From an uncultured Pseudomonadales bacterium (GTDB lineage Bacteria > Patescibacteriota > Microgenomatia > UBA1400 > PJMF01), in the NCBI GenBank assembly GCA_964650185.1, contig CAZYRN010000005.1, positions 18,640-82,639 of the forward strand: a stretch of DNA of 64,000 bases. The letters run 5' to 3'. The notes beneath the pieces were generated by a model, which made no database searches, was not told where the DNA came from, and saw only the letters and a program-made list of their open reading frames with translations. Below are positions 1 to 8,183 of the stretch, in pieces; the stretch's first letter is position 1, and each line of letters opens with the position of its first letter. Position numbers and translations under genes: made by a program.

Positions 1-2
1 CT

Positions 3-455
3 GATACACCGCTGCTTTATGATAACCAAACTACTTTTGAGATTGGCGGTTGTCATGAGTTGCGAAAATCTGGTGATGATGTCATAACGATTTTAGCTGC
101 CGGCATTACACTTCATGAAGCCTTAAAAGCTTATGATCTGTTGCAAGCAGAGGGCATTTCTGTGAGAGTCATTGATCTATACAGCATCAAACCTTTACCA
201 ACTAAAGAGTTGGTGCAGGCGACAGTTGATACACCAGCGATCTTAACGGTGGAAGATCATTATCCGGCGGGAGGAATGGGTGAGGCAGTGGCATCTTTCT
301 TGGCAGAGAAACAAATTTTTCATCCCATCCATAGCCTAGCAGTGACAAAAATGCCTCGCAGCGGCAGGCCTGAGCAGTTATTGGCTGAGGCGGCTATTGA
401 TGCCACAGCGATTGTAGCCCAGGTAAAGCTGATGTTGAAACAAGAGCTGATATAA
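3..455 (+). CDS. tkt: Transketolase, C-terminal part (5' truncated by window edge)
   Basis: Frame open from nt 3 (DTPLLYD...FEIGG). AAGITLHEALKA, VRVIDLYSIKPL and TVEDHY-GG-GE match the transketolase C-terminal domain. Confidence 0.85.
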   Translation, partial: DTPLLYDNQTTFEIGGCHELRKSGDDVITILAAGITLHEALKAYDLLQAEGISVRVIDLYSIKPLPTKELVQATVDTPAILTVEDHYPAGGMGEAVASFLAEKQIFHPIHSLAVTKMPRSGRPEQLLAEAAIDATAIVAQVKLMLKQELI

Positions 456-1336
456 TGACATCTATGCCTGATAAATTTACTGCCGTTTGGGTTTCACATA
501 GCTCGATAAGTGACTTTTTGAAATGCCCTCGTGCTTACTACCTGAATAATGTTTATAAAGATCCCGCCACAGGTCATAAGATTCAGTTGATGGCGCCTGC
601 GTTAGCTTTGGGTGGGGCGGTTCATGAGATTGTGGAAGCGCTCTCCAAGATTCCGACTGTGGATCGGTTTAAGACTCCGATTCTGGAAAAGTTTAGAACT
701 CTTTGGCAACGCAAGTACACAGGCAAACAGGGTGGTTTCAGCTCTCCTGAGCAGGAGCAGCTCTACTTTCAGCGCGGTGAAGAGATGCTGCGACGGCTAA
801 TCGATCATCCGGGTCCGTTGGCTAACAAAGCTGTTAAAATTCAAGGTGATTTACCTCAATACTGGTTATCAGAAGAGGAGAATATCATTCTCTGCGGCAA
901 GATTGACTGGCTGGAATACTTGCCTGATCAAGATGCGGTCCATATTATCGATTTTAAAACCAGTAAAACTGAAGAAAATGGTGAGTCACTGCAGTTGCCC
1001 ATCTATCACTTATTAGTCAAGAATACTCAGCACCGTCATGTAGCGAAAGCTAGCTATTGGTATTTGGAACTGAATGATGAACCAACCGCCAAAGAACTGC
1101 CTGATTTGGAAGAGGCACATGAACAGGTGCTAGCAGTCGCTAAGAAAATGAAACTCGCTAGAAAATTAGATCATTTTAAGTGTCCGCATGGTGATGAAGG
1201 CTGCTATGCTTGTTTACCATTAGAAAGAATTATCAAAGGTGAGGCAGAAAAAGTCGGCGTGAGTGAGTTTAGACAAGACATTTATATCTTACCTAGACCG
1301 GCAGATACGGTTTCAGGTGAAGCAATAATTTTATGA
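455..1336 (+). CDS. PD-(D/E)XK nuclease, RecB/AddB/Cas4-like, probable Fe-S staple
   Basis: SHSSISDFLKCPRAYY, G--VH and GKID...IIDFKT...QLPIY motifs. One N-terminal Cys plus C-terminal C-x6-CxxC. Confidence 0.85.
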   Translation: MTSMPDKFTAVWVSHSSISDFLKCPRAYYLNNVYKDPATGHKIQLMAPALALGGAVHEIVEALSKIPTVDRFKTPILEKFRTLWQRKYTGKQGGFSSPEQEQLYFQRGEEMLRRLIDHPGPLANKAVKIQGDLPQYWLSEEENIILCGKIDWLEYLPDQDAVHIIDFKTSKTEENGESLQLPIYHLLVKNTQHRHVAKASYWYLELNDEPTAKELPDLEEAHEQVLAVAKKMKLARKLDHFKCPHGDEGCYACLPLERIIKGEAEKVGVSEFRQDIYILPRPADTVSGEAIIL

Positions 1337-1343
1337 GGCAGGG

Positions 1344-2206
1344 GTGAAAACAGTTACCCCATATCTCAAACTACTTCGTTTATCAGATCAGCATGTTTCA
1401 TTGGGCTTTATCATCGCCGGAGCGATTGTGGCAAACGTCACCGCCAGTTGGCTGTGGATCTGGGGGTTGGCTTGTGTCTTGCTGTCTATGGTGGCCTATG
1501 TGTTAAATGAGCTCCAGGATGTTGATACCGATACTCATAGTTGGAATCCCATTCACTTGCAGTCTGCCCAAAGAAAAAAATAAACTCAAGTGTGGTTGTG
1601 GCGATGGTGATAAGTTTATTAACCATCAGTGCTTTTTTGGCAGGATGGGTGGGAATGTTGGGTTGGTGGGTATTGCTGTTGGGTTTGGCAATTGCTTACT
1701 CATTGCCGCCGCTGAGACTGAAGGGGGTGGCTGGTTTCGATATTTTGGTCCAGGTTTTAACCGCAACTTTAATACCTTTGCTGGCAGTCTTGTGGAAAGC
1801 GAATGTGTCGCTAGTCAGCGCCACTGCCTTGATAGTCATTCTATTTCTGATGATTTGGTCAATCTTTTACCCTTATCAGCTAGCAGATTTTGTAGCTGAC
1901 CAGCGGGCAAAACTAGGGAATACTCATCTGAAATTAGGTTGGCAGAAAACTCTACAACTAATGTTAATAGTTAGTGTGCTCAGTGTGATTCTTTTTCCAA
2001 TTTTATTTCAAAATCAATGGTGGAGTCTGCCCTTTGTTATCTTTACGATACATAGCGGCTACTGGTACTGGTACTGGTACTGGTTGCAAGTGACGCCTCA
2101 GCAAGCGATGCGCTCCATGCAAAATTATGTCTTAAAAATGAAGCCACTCTCTCACGTCCTCTTGTTTTACCTGTTTTTGCTGTGGACTCTTACACAATTC
2201 TTATAA
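1344..2206 (+). pseudogene. UbiA-family prenyltransferase split by a frameshift at an A7 run (1574-1580)
   Basis: First Asp-rich motif NELQDVDTD is in ORF 1344-1583. The PPLRLK and QLADFVAD motifs and TM helices are in the -1 frame ending at 2206. One extra A gives a single 287-aa ORF. Confidence 0.75.
2060..2083 (+). repeat. (TACTGG)4 hexamer tandem repeat encoding YWYWYWYW
   Basis: Read directly from the sequence; in frame within the UbiA-like C-terminal part. Confidence 0.9.
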
Positions 2207-2287
2207 ATAAATCAACTATTGAACCGGCTGTTTTTGGGTAGTTAGATGTGTATTAATACATTCTGATCTATATTAGGTGGTTAATAC

Positions 2288-2965
2288 ATGAGCCATGAAA
2301 ATCGCTTAGCAATAACTGAAACAATAAGAGCAATAGCTGGTTTAGGCTTGATCGCGGTGGGGCTTATTGAATTATCCAGATATCAGTTTCCAAAAAAAGC
2401 TAGATTAGAGGTAGTTAAATCAGTCGACAGATGTGAAATATGCGGTAGGGATAATCCCTATGATCAAAAAAATGCAGATAAGAAAAAGAAAACGAAAGGT
2501 CGCGGTAGGGGGAGGAAGTCAAAAAATGGTTCTCGTGATCCCAACCAAGGATTCGAAGCTCACCACCGTTGCCATGAAGCAATTGCTGGCAAATATTTGC
2601 CAAAATACCTAGTCCATCATCCCGCTAATGGTGTTAAGCTCTGTAGTGAGTGCCATCTTCAATATCATCTGCAATATCCTAACGAGTCATTTTCATATGA
2701 GGATGAATTGAAGATGGTGCAAGAGTTACTAGAATCAATTCTTTATTTTCACAGAACTCATCGTAATGAGTTGGAAGAACTCTATACATCACATGTGTTG
2801 TTAGAGCATCCTACCAAGATATTCAATGAAGCAGAAAAGACTCTGAGGCAGGTAAAGAGAGAGTTGAAAAAAATTGCGGCTGAGAATGAGGAGAAAAGTA
2901 GAAGGGATAGCTCGATAAACTATCCTCATGTGCTGCCTGTGCAGTATGGAGCTACAGATAAATAG
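2288..2965 (+). CDS. HNH endonuclease-like protein with N-terminal hydrophobic helix and basic insertion
   Basis: RCEICG ... FEAHH ... HPANGVKLCSECHLQYH (CxxC/HH/N/CxxCH pattern). Hydrophobic segment at about aa 13-28. Confidence 0.75.
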   Translation: MSHENRLAITETIRAIAGLGLIAVGLIELSRYQFPKKARLEVVKSVDRCEICGRDNPYDQKNADKKKKTKGRGRGRKSKNGSRDPNQGFEAHHRCHEAIAGKYLPKYLVHHPANGVKLCSECHLQYHLQYPNESFSYEDELKMVQELLESILYFHRTHRNELEELYTSHVLLEHPTKIFNEAEKTLRQVKRELKKIAAENEEKSRRDSSINYPHVLPVQYGATDK

Positions 2966-3080
2966 CGATGTTGAGGTAGATCGATGCCTAAGGTAGCGTT
3001 CTTAGCAATAGAATATTAACTATTGAAGTCGGAAATCAGATTTTGTTTGATAGCAAAAATCTGTCTAGAAAAGAGTATTG

Positions 3081-3770
3081 ATGGTTACAGTCACCGAATC
3101 AGAAATTCCAGCCTCAATTATTGAGGAAATTAATAAGATTGAGGTCCCACTAACCCTAGAAAAAGCCCATGAAATTTCCGACCAGTTGGAGAGAATTCTT
3201 GCCATTTTACTACTATTTGTAGCTCATCAGATTAACGAATTAAGTAATAGCGTGGGAACTGATAAGAAATGTTTGGTTTATCACGAAGGTGTGGAAATCA
3301 GAGTCACGCCTGAACAGATTGAACAGTCTGGAGTAAAAGAATTATGTGAATGGACAGAGGAACAGTTAAGAAAAAAAGAAAATAGGAGGAGAAGAAATAG
3401 AAGAAATAAAAATAACACCTCCGGAGAAATAAGAAGCCAAACACAGCCTACAACTACTCAAAGATTTAAAAAATTGACTAAGCCAGATTTTGAACTTGTT
3501 ATTTTAGATAGTAATTTTAACTTATTAAACACCCTTTTTTTGGAGGTTACTACTGGAAGTACTTATATTCCACATAAGCAGGGGCAGTTGGGAGTGGCGA
3601 TTGCTGCGGGATTAGAAGATCACTATCTACAATGCACTATGCATGAGGTGGCAATTGTTGCTGATCTCTTAATAAATTACTTTCCTCAGCTGAGAGAATG
3701 GTTTTTAGAAAATGATTTGCTTGTTCTTTTATTAGATTTTGAAAAATATAAACTGGCTAAATTTTTATAG
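3081..3770 (+). CDS. Hypothetical protein, possible PD-(D/E)XK-fold nuclease
   Basis: KPDFELV...LFLEVTT...HKQGQ resembles a degenerate PD...(D/E)xK active site. Confidence 0.45.
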   Translation: MVTVTESEIPASIIEEINKIEVPLTLEKAHEISDQLERILAILLLFVAHQINELSNSVGTDKKCLVYHEGVEIRVTPEQIEQSGVKELCEWTEEQLRKKENRRRRNRRNKNNTSGEIRSQTQPTTTQRFKKLTKPDFELVILDSNFNLLNTLFLEVTTGSTYIPHKQGQLGVAIAAGLEDHYLQCTMHEVAIVADLLINYFPQLREWFLENDLLVLLLDFEKYKLAKFL

Positions 3771-3794
3771 CTTTTCCAGTGTTATACTAATAGC

Positions 3795-4298
3795 ATGGCC
3801 GATGTTCATAAACACAAAAATCAGCGAGTGGGAGTGTTTGTTGATGTTTCCAACATGTATTTTTCTGGTAAAAACCTCTTCGACAAAAACGTTAACTTCA
3901 AAAATGTCCTAGATCAGGCTGTGAGCAAGCGCCAGTTGGTGAGAGCATTTGCTTATGTGATCGAAAGTGAGAGCGGTAAGGAAGCAGATTTCTTTGAAGC
4001 CTTGGAGCGCTATGGTTATGAGACCCGAATTAAACAACTGCAAGTTTTTAAAGGCGGAGCTAAAAAGGGTGACTGGGATGTGGGTTTAGCAATCGATGTG
4101 GTGAGAATGCTGCCAATTTTAGATGTGGTAGTTTTGGTGTCTGGTGATGGAGACTATGTTGATCTGCTAGATTACGTCAGAGCTCATGGCCGGCGAACTG
4201 AAGTGATGGCTTTTGAAAAAACCACTAGCAGCAGATTGCTGGCCGAGGTAGATGAGTTTATTGATTTAGGTGAAAATTCTCGCCGCTTTTTAATCTAA
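3795..4298 (+). CDS. NYN domain (LabA/DUF88, PIN-like) protein
   Basis: VFVDVSNM, KGDWDVGLAID, LVSGDGDY and TSSRL...DEFIDL motifs. Confidence 0.92.
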   Translation: MADVHKHKNQRVGVFVDVSNMYFSGKNLFDKNVNFKNVLDQAVSKRQLVRAFAYVIESESGKEADFFEALERYGYETRIKQLQVFKGGAKKGDWDVGLAIDVVRMLPILDVVVLVSGDGDYVDLLDYVRAHGRRTEVMAFEKTTSSRLLAEVDEFIDLGENSRRFLI

Positions 4299-4320
4299 TT
4301 ATTTTCAATTTAGCTATTCA

Positions 4321-4358
4321 AAAAAAGGCAGTCGAAGTAAATTCGCCTGCCCTTTTTT
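4321..4358. terminator. Bidirectional intrinsic terminator between NYN and DsbA genes
   Basis: A6-GGCAGtCGAA-gtaaa-TTCGcCTGCC-c-T6 between convergent genes. Confidence 0.75.
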
Positions 4359-4375
4359 AAATTTTTAACTAACGC

Positions 4376-5158
4376 TTAGATGCTGAAAGCCGCGTCTGAA
4401 AAGGCCCAGAAAGCATCATTACCGGCTTCATCAGCTACACACTCAGCTGCGATGGCAGATGGCATAGCTGTGGCATGAAAGCCCAATGGGAAGTGTCGGT
4501 ACACCCAAGCAACTTGGTCACCATACTCTTCCATGGCTTGCACCATTGAGGGGTGAAAACTACGACAGTAAGGACACTCATAGTCAGAGTATTCAACTAA
4601 GACAACACTGGCCTCAGCATTACCGCGGATGTGATCAGCTTCACTCACTGGAACAAAACCATCAGCAATCAGCAGCGCTGCAGATTGAGGATCCGGCTCG
4701 CCGGTGCCAGTTAAGTAGCGATCAAGGACGGCCTTAACTTGTGGGTAGGGAAGAGCACCAGAAATAACCTCTTTCGGCTCGCCATCCACCACCACAATAG
4801 TGCCGGGAGTGCCACCAATGCCGGCAGCTTCACCGCCAGTCATCTGATCCTGGACTCTTTGGGCAATTTCAGGATTTTGAATACAAGTCTCATAAGTATC
4901 AGCTGCTACACCTTGATCAGATGCTAACTGAGCTAACACTTCTGTAGACAGAGCCGCTTGAGGAGGCTGTTGTTCAGTCGGAGCTTGGGCGGCAGGATTA
5001 TTAGTGCCGCCAGCTTTGCTAATACGGCTATCTGTCCAGATTGAACCGGCAAAAAATCCAACTATTAAAAAGAGAATCGACAAGAAAATAATGCCAAAAT
5101 TCTGATTAATAAAATCGAGTGTGCTGGCTAGAGAGTACGGACTATCATTATTAGACAT
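4376..5158 (-). CDS. Membrane-anchored DsbA-family thiol-disulfide oxidoreductase, circularly permuted
   Basis: N-terminal TM helix. GIGGTPGT cis-Pro loop (aa 113-120) comes before DHIRG...EYSDYECPYC (CxxC at aa 195-198)...RHFPL. Confidence 0.9.
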   Translation of the reverse strand: MSNNDSPYSLASTLDFINQNFGIIFLSILFLIVGFFAGSIWTDSRISKAGGTNNPAAQAPTEQQPPQAALSTEVLAQLASDQGVAADTYETCIQNPEIAQRVQDQMTGGEAAGIGGTPGTIVVVDGEPKEVISGALPYPQVKAVLDRYLTGTGEPDPQSAALLIADGFVPVSEADHIRGNAEASVVLVEYSDYECPYCRSFHPSMVQAMEEYGDQVAWVYRHFPLGFHATAMPSAIAAECVADEAGNDAFWAFSDAAFSI

Positions 5159-5190
5159 GATTGATGCTTTCTATAAATTAATTGTTAAGC

Positions 5191-5228
5191 TACTACAAAG
5201 TGTAGTATTACTATTGATTACTTGTCAA
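5191..5228 (-). promoter_or_regulatory. dsbA promoter TTGACA-N18-TACACT with palindromic operator TACTACAAAGTGTAGTA (5191-5207) over the -10
   Basis: Perfect 7-bp inverted repeat with the TACA/TGTA core typical of BlaI/MecI/CopY operators. Consensus -35 at 5223-5228. Confidence 0.75.
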
Positions 5229-5235
5229 TGATTAC

Positions 5236-6087
5236 TTACTTTATCATACTTATTGTCATATTGTGAGACGGAATGACTGGTTTGAGCGGTGAAAATAGCT
5301 GTAAATCGCGGCAATTGCGATTAATGACAGTTGAGGCTGTGGTTTCGGGACTGCTGGGCAGAGCTACTGCTGGAATGGCAGCAAATGAGGTTATTAGTAA
5401 GATCATGATGCCTACAGACCAGACAAGTTTAGTTTTCGAAACTGCATAAACAAAAGTACGGCGTAGTGTCATGAGCTGAATGCGCTGATCTAAAAAAGCC
5501 GCTGCTAGAGCTGGCAAAGCCAAGGATTGGGGCTGAATGGCTTTAGCTAAGGCTGATTTTAAATACAAATCTGTCTGCTGATGATTAATACAAGCTAAGT
5601 CAGCTTGATTTTCAAAAAACAGTTTGAGCTGGTGAAATAGGTCACCAAAGACTGGTAAAAAGAACAGTATATCGCTCAACAGCTGATTAGCTAACAATAA
5701 GCGCGGATGATGATGTTCCAAATGATGTTTTTCATGAAGAATAACTGCTTCTAGCTCTTGGCAAGTTAATTGATCAATTAAGGCTTGGGAAATAATTACC
5801 TGCGGATGTTGCCAGCCGCTGGTATAGGCCAGCACTTGGGGGTTATCGACCACTAAAATTTGTTTTGGAGACAAGTGATGTTTGCTCATCACGCTGAGAA
5901 GTTTACTGGCCAAAGGCTGATAGGATCTCTGGGCAACTAATCGTCGATGAGTCTGAAAAGTTTTGATCAAAGTGGCAGTTGCTTTTAAGACAATAATTAA
6001 GACTAATCCTTTCCAGATCACTTGTAAGGGAAACTGAAGCAAAGTCAGCTGGTCAATGGCAGTTGAGCAAAATGAAATAAATCCCAT
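5236..6087 (-). CDS. BlaR1-like peptidase M56 lacking the penicillin-binding sensor domain
   Basis: AYTSG--HPQVIIS, ELEAVILHEKHH (HExxH), E--AD and TM helices. Lies directly downstream of the blaI-like gene. Confidence 0.88.
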   Translation of the reverse strand: MGFISFCSTAIDQLTLLQFPLQVIWKGLVLIIVLKATATLIKTFQTHRRLVAQRSYQPLASKLLSVMSKHHLSPKQILVVDNPQVLAYTSGWQHPQVIISQALIDQLTCQELEAVILHEKHHLEHHHPRLLLANQLLSDILFFLPVFGDLFHQLKLFFENQADLACINHQQTDLYLKSALAKAIQPQSLALPALAAAFLDQRIQLMTLRRTFVYAVSKTKLVWSVGIMILLITSFAAIPAVALPSSPETTASTVINRNCRDLQLFSPLKPVIPSHNMTISMIK

Positions 6088-6099
6088 ACATCAATTAGA

Positions 6100-6480
6100 T
6101 TATGAACGTAATTTTTTAACTAACTCATGACGTTCCGCTGGTGACAGATGATCAACTTCATCAACAAAAGCAGCTATGGCTGGCTCGCCAAAACGATCAA
6201 CCAGACTCTGGATAGTTTGTTTAACGACCAATTTGACAAACTGCGGCTTAGCTTTTTTGGCGGTGTATAGAAAACTGCGGCCGGATTTTTTTCTCACTAA
6301 CACTGATTTATCAACCAAGCGTTTCATGATGGTCATGACGGTGGTATAGGCGAGTTTGTCACTGCTAGATCTGGTTTGATTAAGATCAAGCAGTACCTGT
6401 CTGACTGCCAGCTGGTCTTTTTTCCAGACAATTTCAAGAATTTCTTTTTCTAAAGGGCCGAGAGTGATTTCTTCCTGCAT
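6100..6480 (-). CDS. BlaI/MecI/CopY-family transcriptional repressor
   Basis: LGPLEKEILEIVW, LAYTTVMTIMKRLVDK and R-K-GR---Y motifs. Start placed at ATG 6480 (MQEEITLG). No CopY CxC tail. Confidence 0.92.
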   Translation of the reverse strand: MQEEITLGPLEKEILEIVWKKDQLAVRQVLLDLNQTRSSSDKLAYTTVMTIMKRLVDKSVLVRKKSGRSFLYTAKKAKPQFVKLVVKQTIQSLVDRFGEPAIAAFVDEVDHLSPAERHELVKKLRS

Positions 6481-6496
6481 ACTACGGATTGTAGTT
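6480..6496 (-). promoter_or_regulatory. Autoregulatory operator AACTACAATCCGTAGTA covering -10 (TACAAT) and start of the blaI-like gene
   Basis: 12/14 match to TACTACA-N3-TGTAGTA. Its last base is the A of the ATG. Confidence 0.7.
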
Positions 6497-6590
6497 GAGC
6501 AAAATAAAATATTCAAGGAGCGGCGGATTATTGCTAACCTCTTACTGAGTCCTTACTAGTTATCAGTGCCTTAGATCATAAAATGTTGGC

Positions 6591-7760
6591 ATGGGTATCT
6601 TAGCAAAAATATTGGGTTTAGTATTGGTAGCGGGGCTAATTGGGATAATCTTTTTTCGCGATCGAATGAGTCAGCTCTTATTAACCATTAATCCCAACTC
6701 AGTTGAAACTGGCGTAGAGCAAGCTACGTCTACTGCCAACAACACACGTCGGAGCGGCGGCAAAATTATTGAGGCAAATAATGTGGAAGAAGTGGCTGCT
6801 AATTTAGCGATTCCTTGGGAGGTGGTTGAGTTACCAGATGAAACGTTGTTAGTCACAACTCGCCCTGGAGAGTTGGTCAGAATTTATCCCGATGACCGGA
6901 CGCAAATTCCTGTTGAGGGGGTAGAACATATTGGTGAAGGCGGTTTATTGGGGCTGGAGCTGCATCCGGATTTTACTGAGAATCAGTGGCTCTACCTCTA
7001 CCTCACCACCAATGTCAGCGGCGGTTTAAACAATCGGGTGGAGCGGTATCAGTTTAATGTAGCAGAAAATACTTTGGCGGATGCAACAGTCATCATTGAT
7101 CAGATTCCAGGTGCCGTTAATCATGATGGCGGCCGAATTAGATTTGGCCCTGATGAATTGCTTTACATTACCACTGGTGATGCCGGTAATGAGGACAGCG
7201 CGCAAGACACCTCTTCCCTAGCCGGAAAAATTTTACGAGTGGCAGATGATGGGGCAATTCCTGATGATAACCCCTTTGACAACGCCGTTTTTAGTTATGG
7301 ACACCGCAACGTGCAAGGGATCGATTGGGATGAACAAGATCGGCTTTGGGCAACAGAGCACGGACCTTCGGGATTTGAATCTGGTTTTGACGAGGTCAAT
7401 TTGATTGAGATGGGACAGAATTATGGCTGGCCGGAAATTAGAGGAGATGAGGAGCAGACTGGTATGGTTTCGCCAGTCATTCAGTCAGGAGCGGATGAAA
7501 CTTGGGCGCCGGCAGCATTGGAAATTGTTGACGATCAGTTATTTTTCGTCGGTTTAAGAGGTGAAACGCTTTATCAAGCAACCATCGATGGCGCCAACTT
7601 AACAAATTTTACCAGAAACCTAGTGGGAGAGTTTGGCCGGTTACGTTTACTAAAATTAATTCAAGACAACCGACTTTATTTGGGTACCAGTAATACTGAT
7701 GGCCGCGGGTCGGCTAACGAAAATGATGATCGTTTATTTAGGATTTTTCTTGAGCTATAA
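6591..7760 (+). CDS. PQQ-dependent sugar dehydrogenase family (GSDH, YliI-like) beta-propeller, N-terminally anchored
   Basis: GEGGLLGLELHPDF, HDGGRIRFGPD, GKILR, SYGHRNVQG, TEHGP and NYGWP motifs. Confidence 0.92.
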   Translation: MGILAKILGLVLVAGLIGIIFFRDRMSQLLLTINPNSVETGVEQATSTANNTRRSGGKIIEANNVEEVAANLAIPWEVVELPDETLLVTTRPGELVRIYPDDRTQIPVEGVEHIGEGGLLGLELHPDFTENQWLYLYLTTNVSGGLNNRVERYQFNVAENTLADATVIIDQIPGAVNHDGGRIRFGPDELLYITTGDAGNEDSAQDTSSLAGKILRVADDGAIPDDNPFDNAVFSYGHRNVQGIDWDEQDRLWATEHGPSGFESGFDEVNLIEMGQNYGWPEIRGDEEQTGMVSPVIQSGADETWAPAALEIVDDQLFFVGLRGETLYQATIDGANLTNFTRNLVGEFGRLRLLKLIQDNRLYLGTSNTDGRGSANENDDRLFRIFLEL

Positions 7761-8112
7761 AAACTAAGAAACACAGTGCATAAATAATTTGGTCATTAAT
7801 GGGATTAGCAGTTGGAGGCTGAGACAAGTAAAAAAGCATCATCATTAACATGCCGCTAGCGGAAGCAAAAGTGACTAGTATGCCAGCCAGCAAAGCCAGA
7901 CCAATGCCAATTTCACCAAATATGACTAAAAAATCTACCACTGGGTTGCCTGCCATCGTCGTAAAGATTGAACTGAGAGGGCCAGTAGCAGCTTGCAGGT
8001 AATTGGCTGCGGTAAATCCGCTCATGGCTTTAGTTATGCCAGATAACAAAAACAGTACCCCTAAAGCAATTCTTAAAATTAACAGTGCCTCTCCAAGTCG
8101 AAATTTTTTCAT
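7738..8112 (-). CDS. DoxX/DoxD-family membrane protein
   Basis: LRIALG-LFL-SG--K, GEIGIGLALLAG and IND-IIY motifs. Start ATG 8112 follows GAGGGGAG. Confidence 0.85.
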   Translation of the reverse strand: MKKFRLGEALLILRIALGVLFLLSGITKAMSGFTAANYLQAATGPLSSIFTTMAGNPVVDFLVIFGEIGIGLALLAGILVTFASASGMLMMMLFYLSQPPTANPINDQIIYALCFLVFIAQEKS

Positions 8113-8132
8113 CTTGCACTCCCCTCTTATTT

Positions 8133-8161
8133 TTGATTTACTACATAATGTAGTATATAAA
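8133..8161. promoter_or_regulatory. Divergent doxX/cupredoxin promoter with operator TACTACATAATGTAGTA (8139-8155)
   Basis: Perfect inverted repeat that exactly fills the 17-bp spacer of TTGATT(8133-8138)-N17-TATAAA(8156-8161). Confidence 0.75.
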
Positions 8162-8183
8162 TTAATCTTAAAAAGAAACAGTG

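Noticed and set aside
455-1336. Cas4 / CRISPR-Cas locus
   Set aside because: The fold is Cas4/AddB-like, but there is no cas1/cas2 and no repeat-spacer array in the window, and the gene is coupled to transketolase.
5236-6480. Beta-lactam resistance (bla/mec) or cop operon
   Set aside because: No beta-lactamase, PBP2a, sensor domain, Cu-ATPase or CopY CxC motif in the window.
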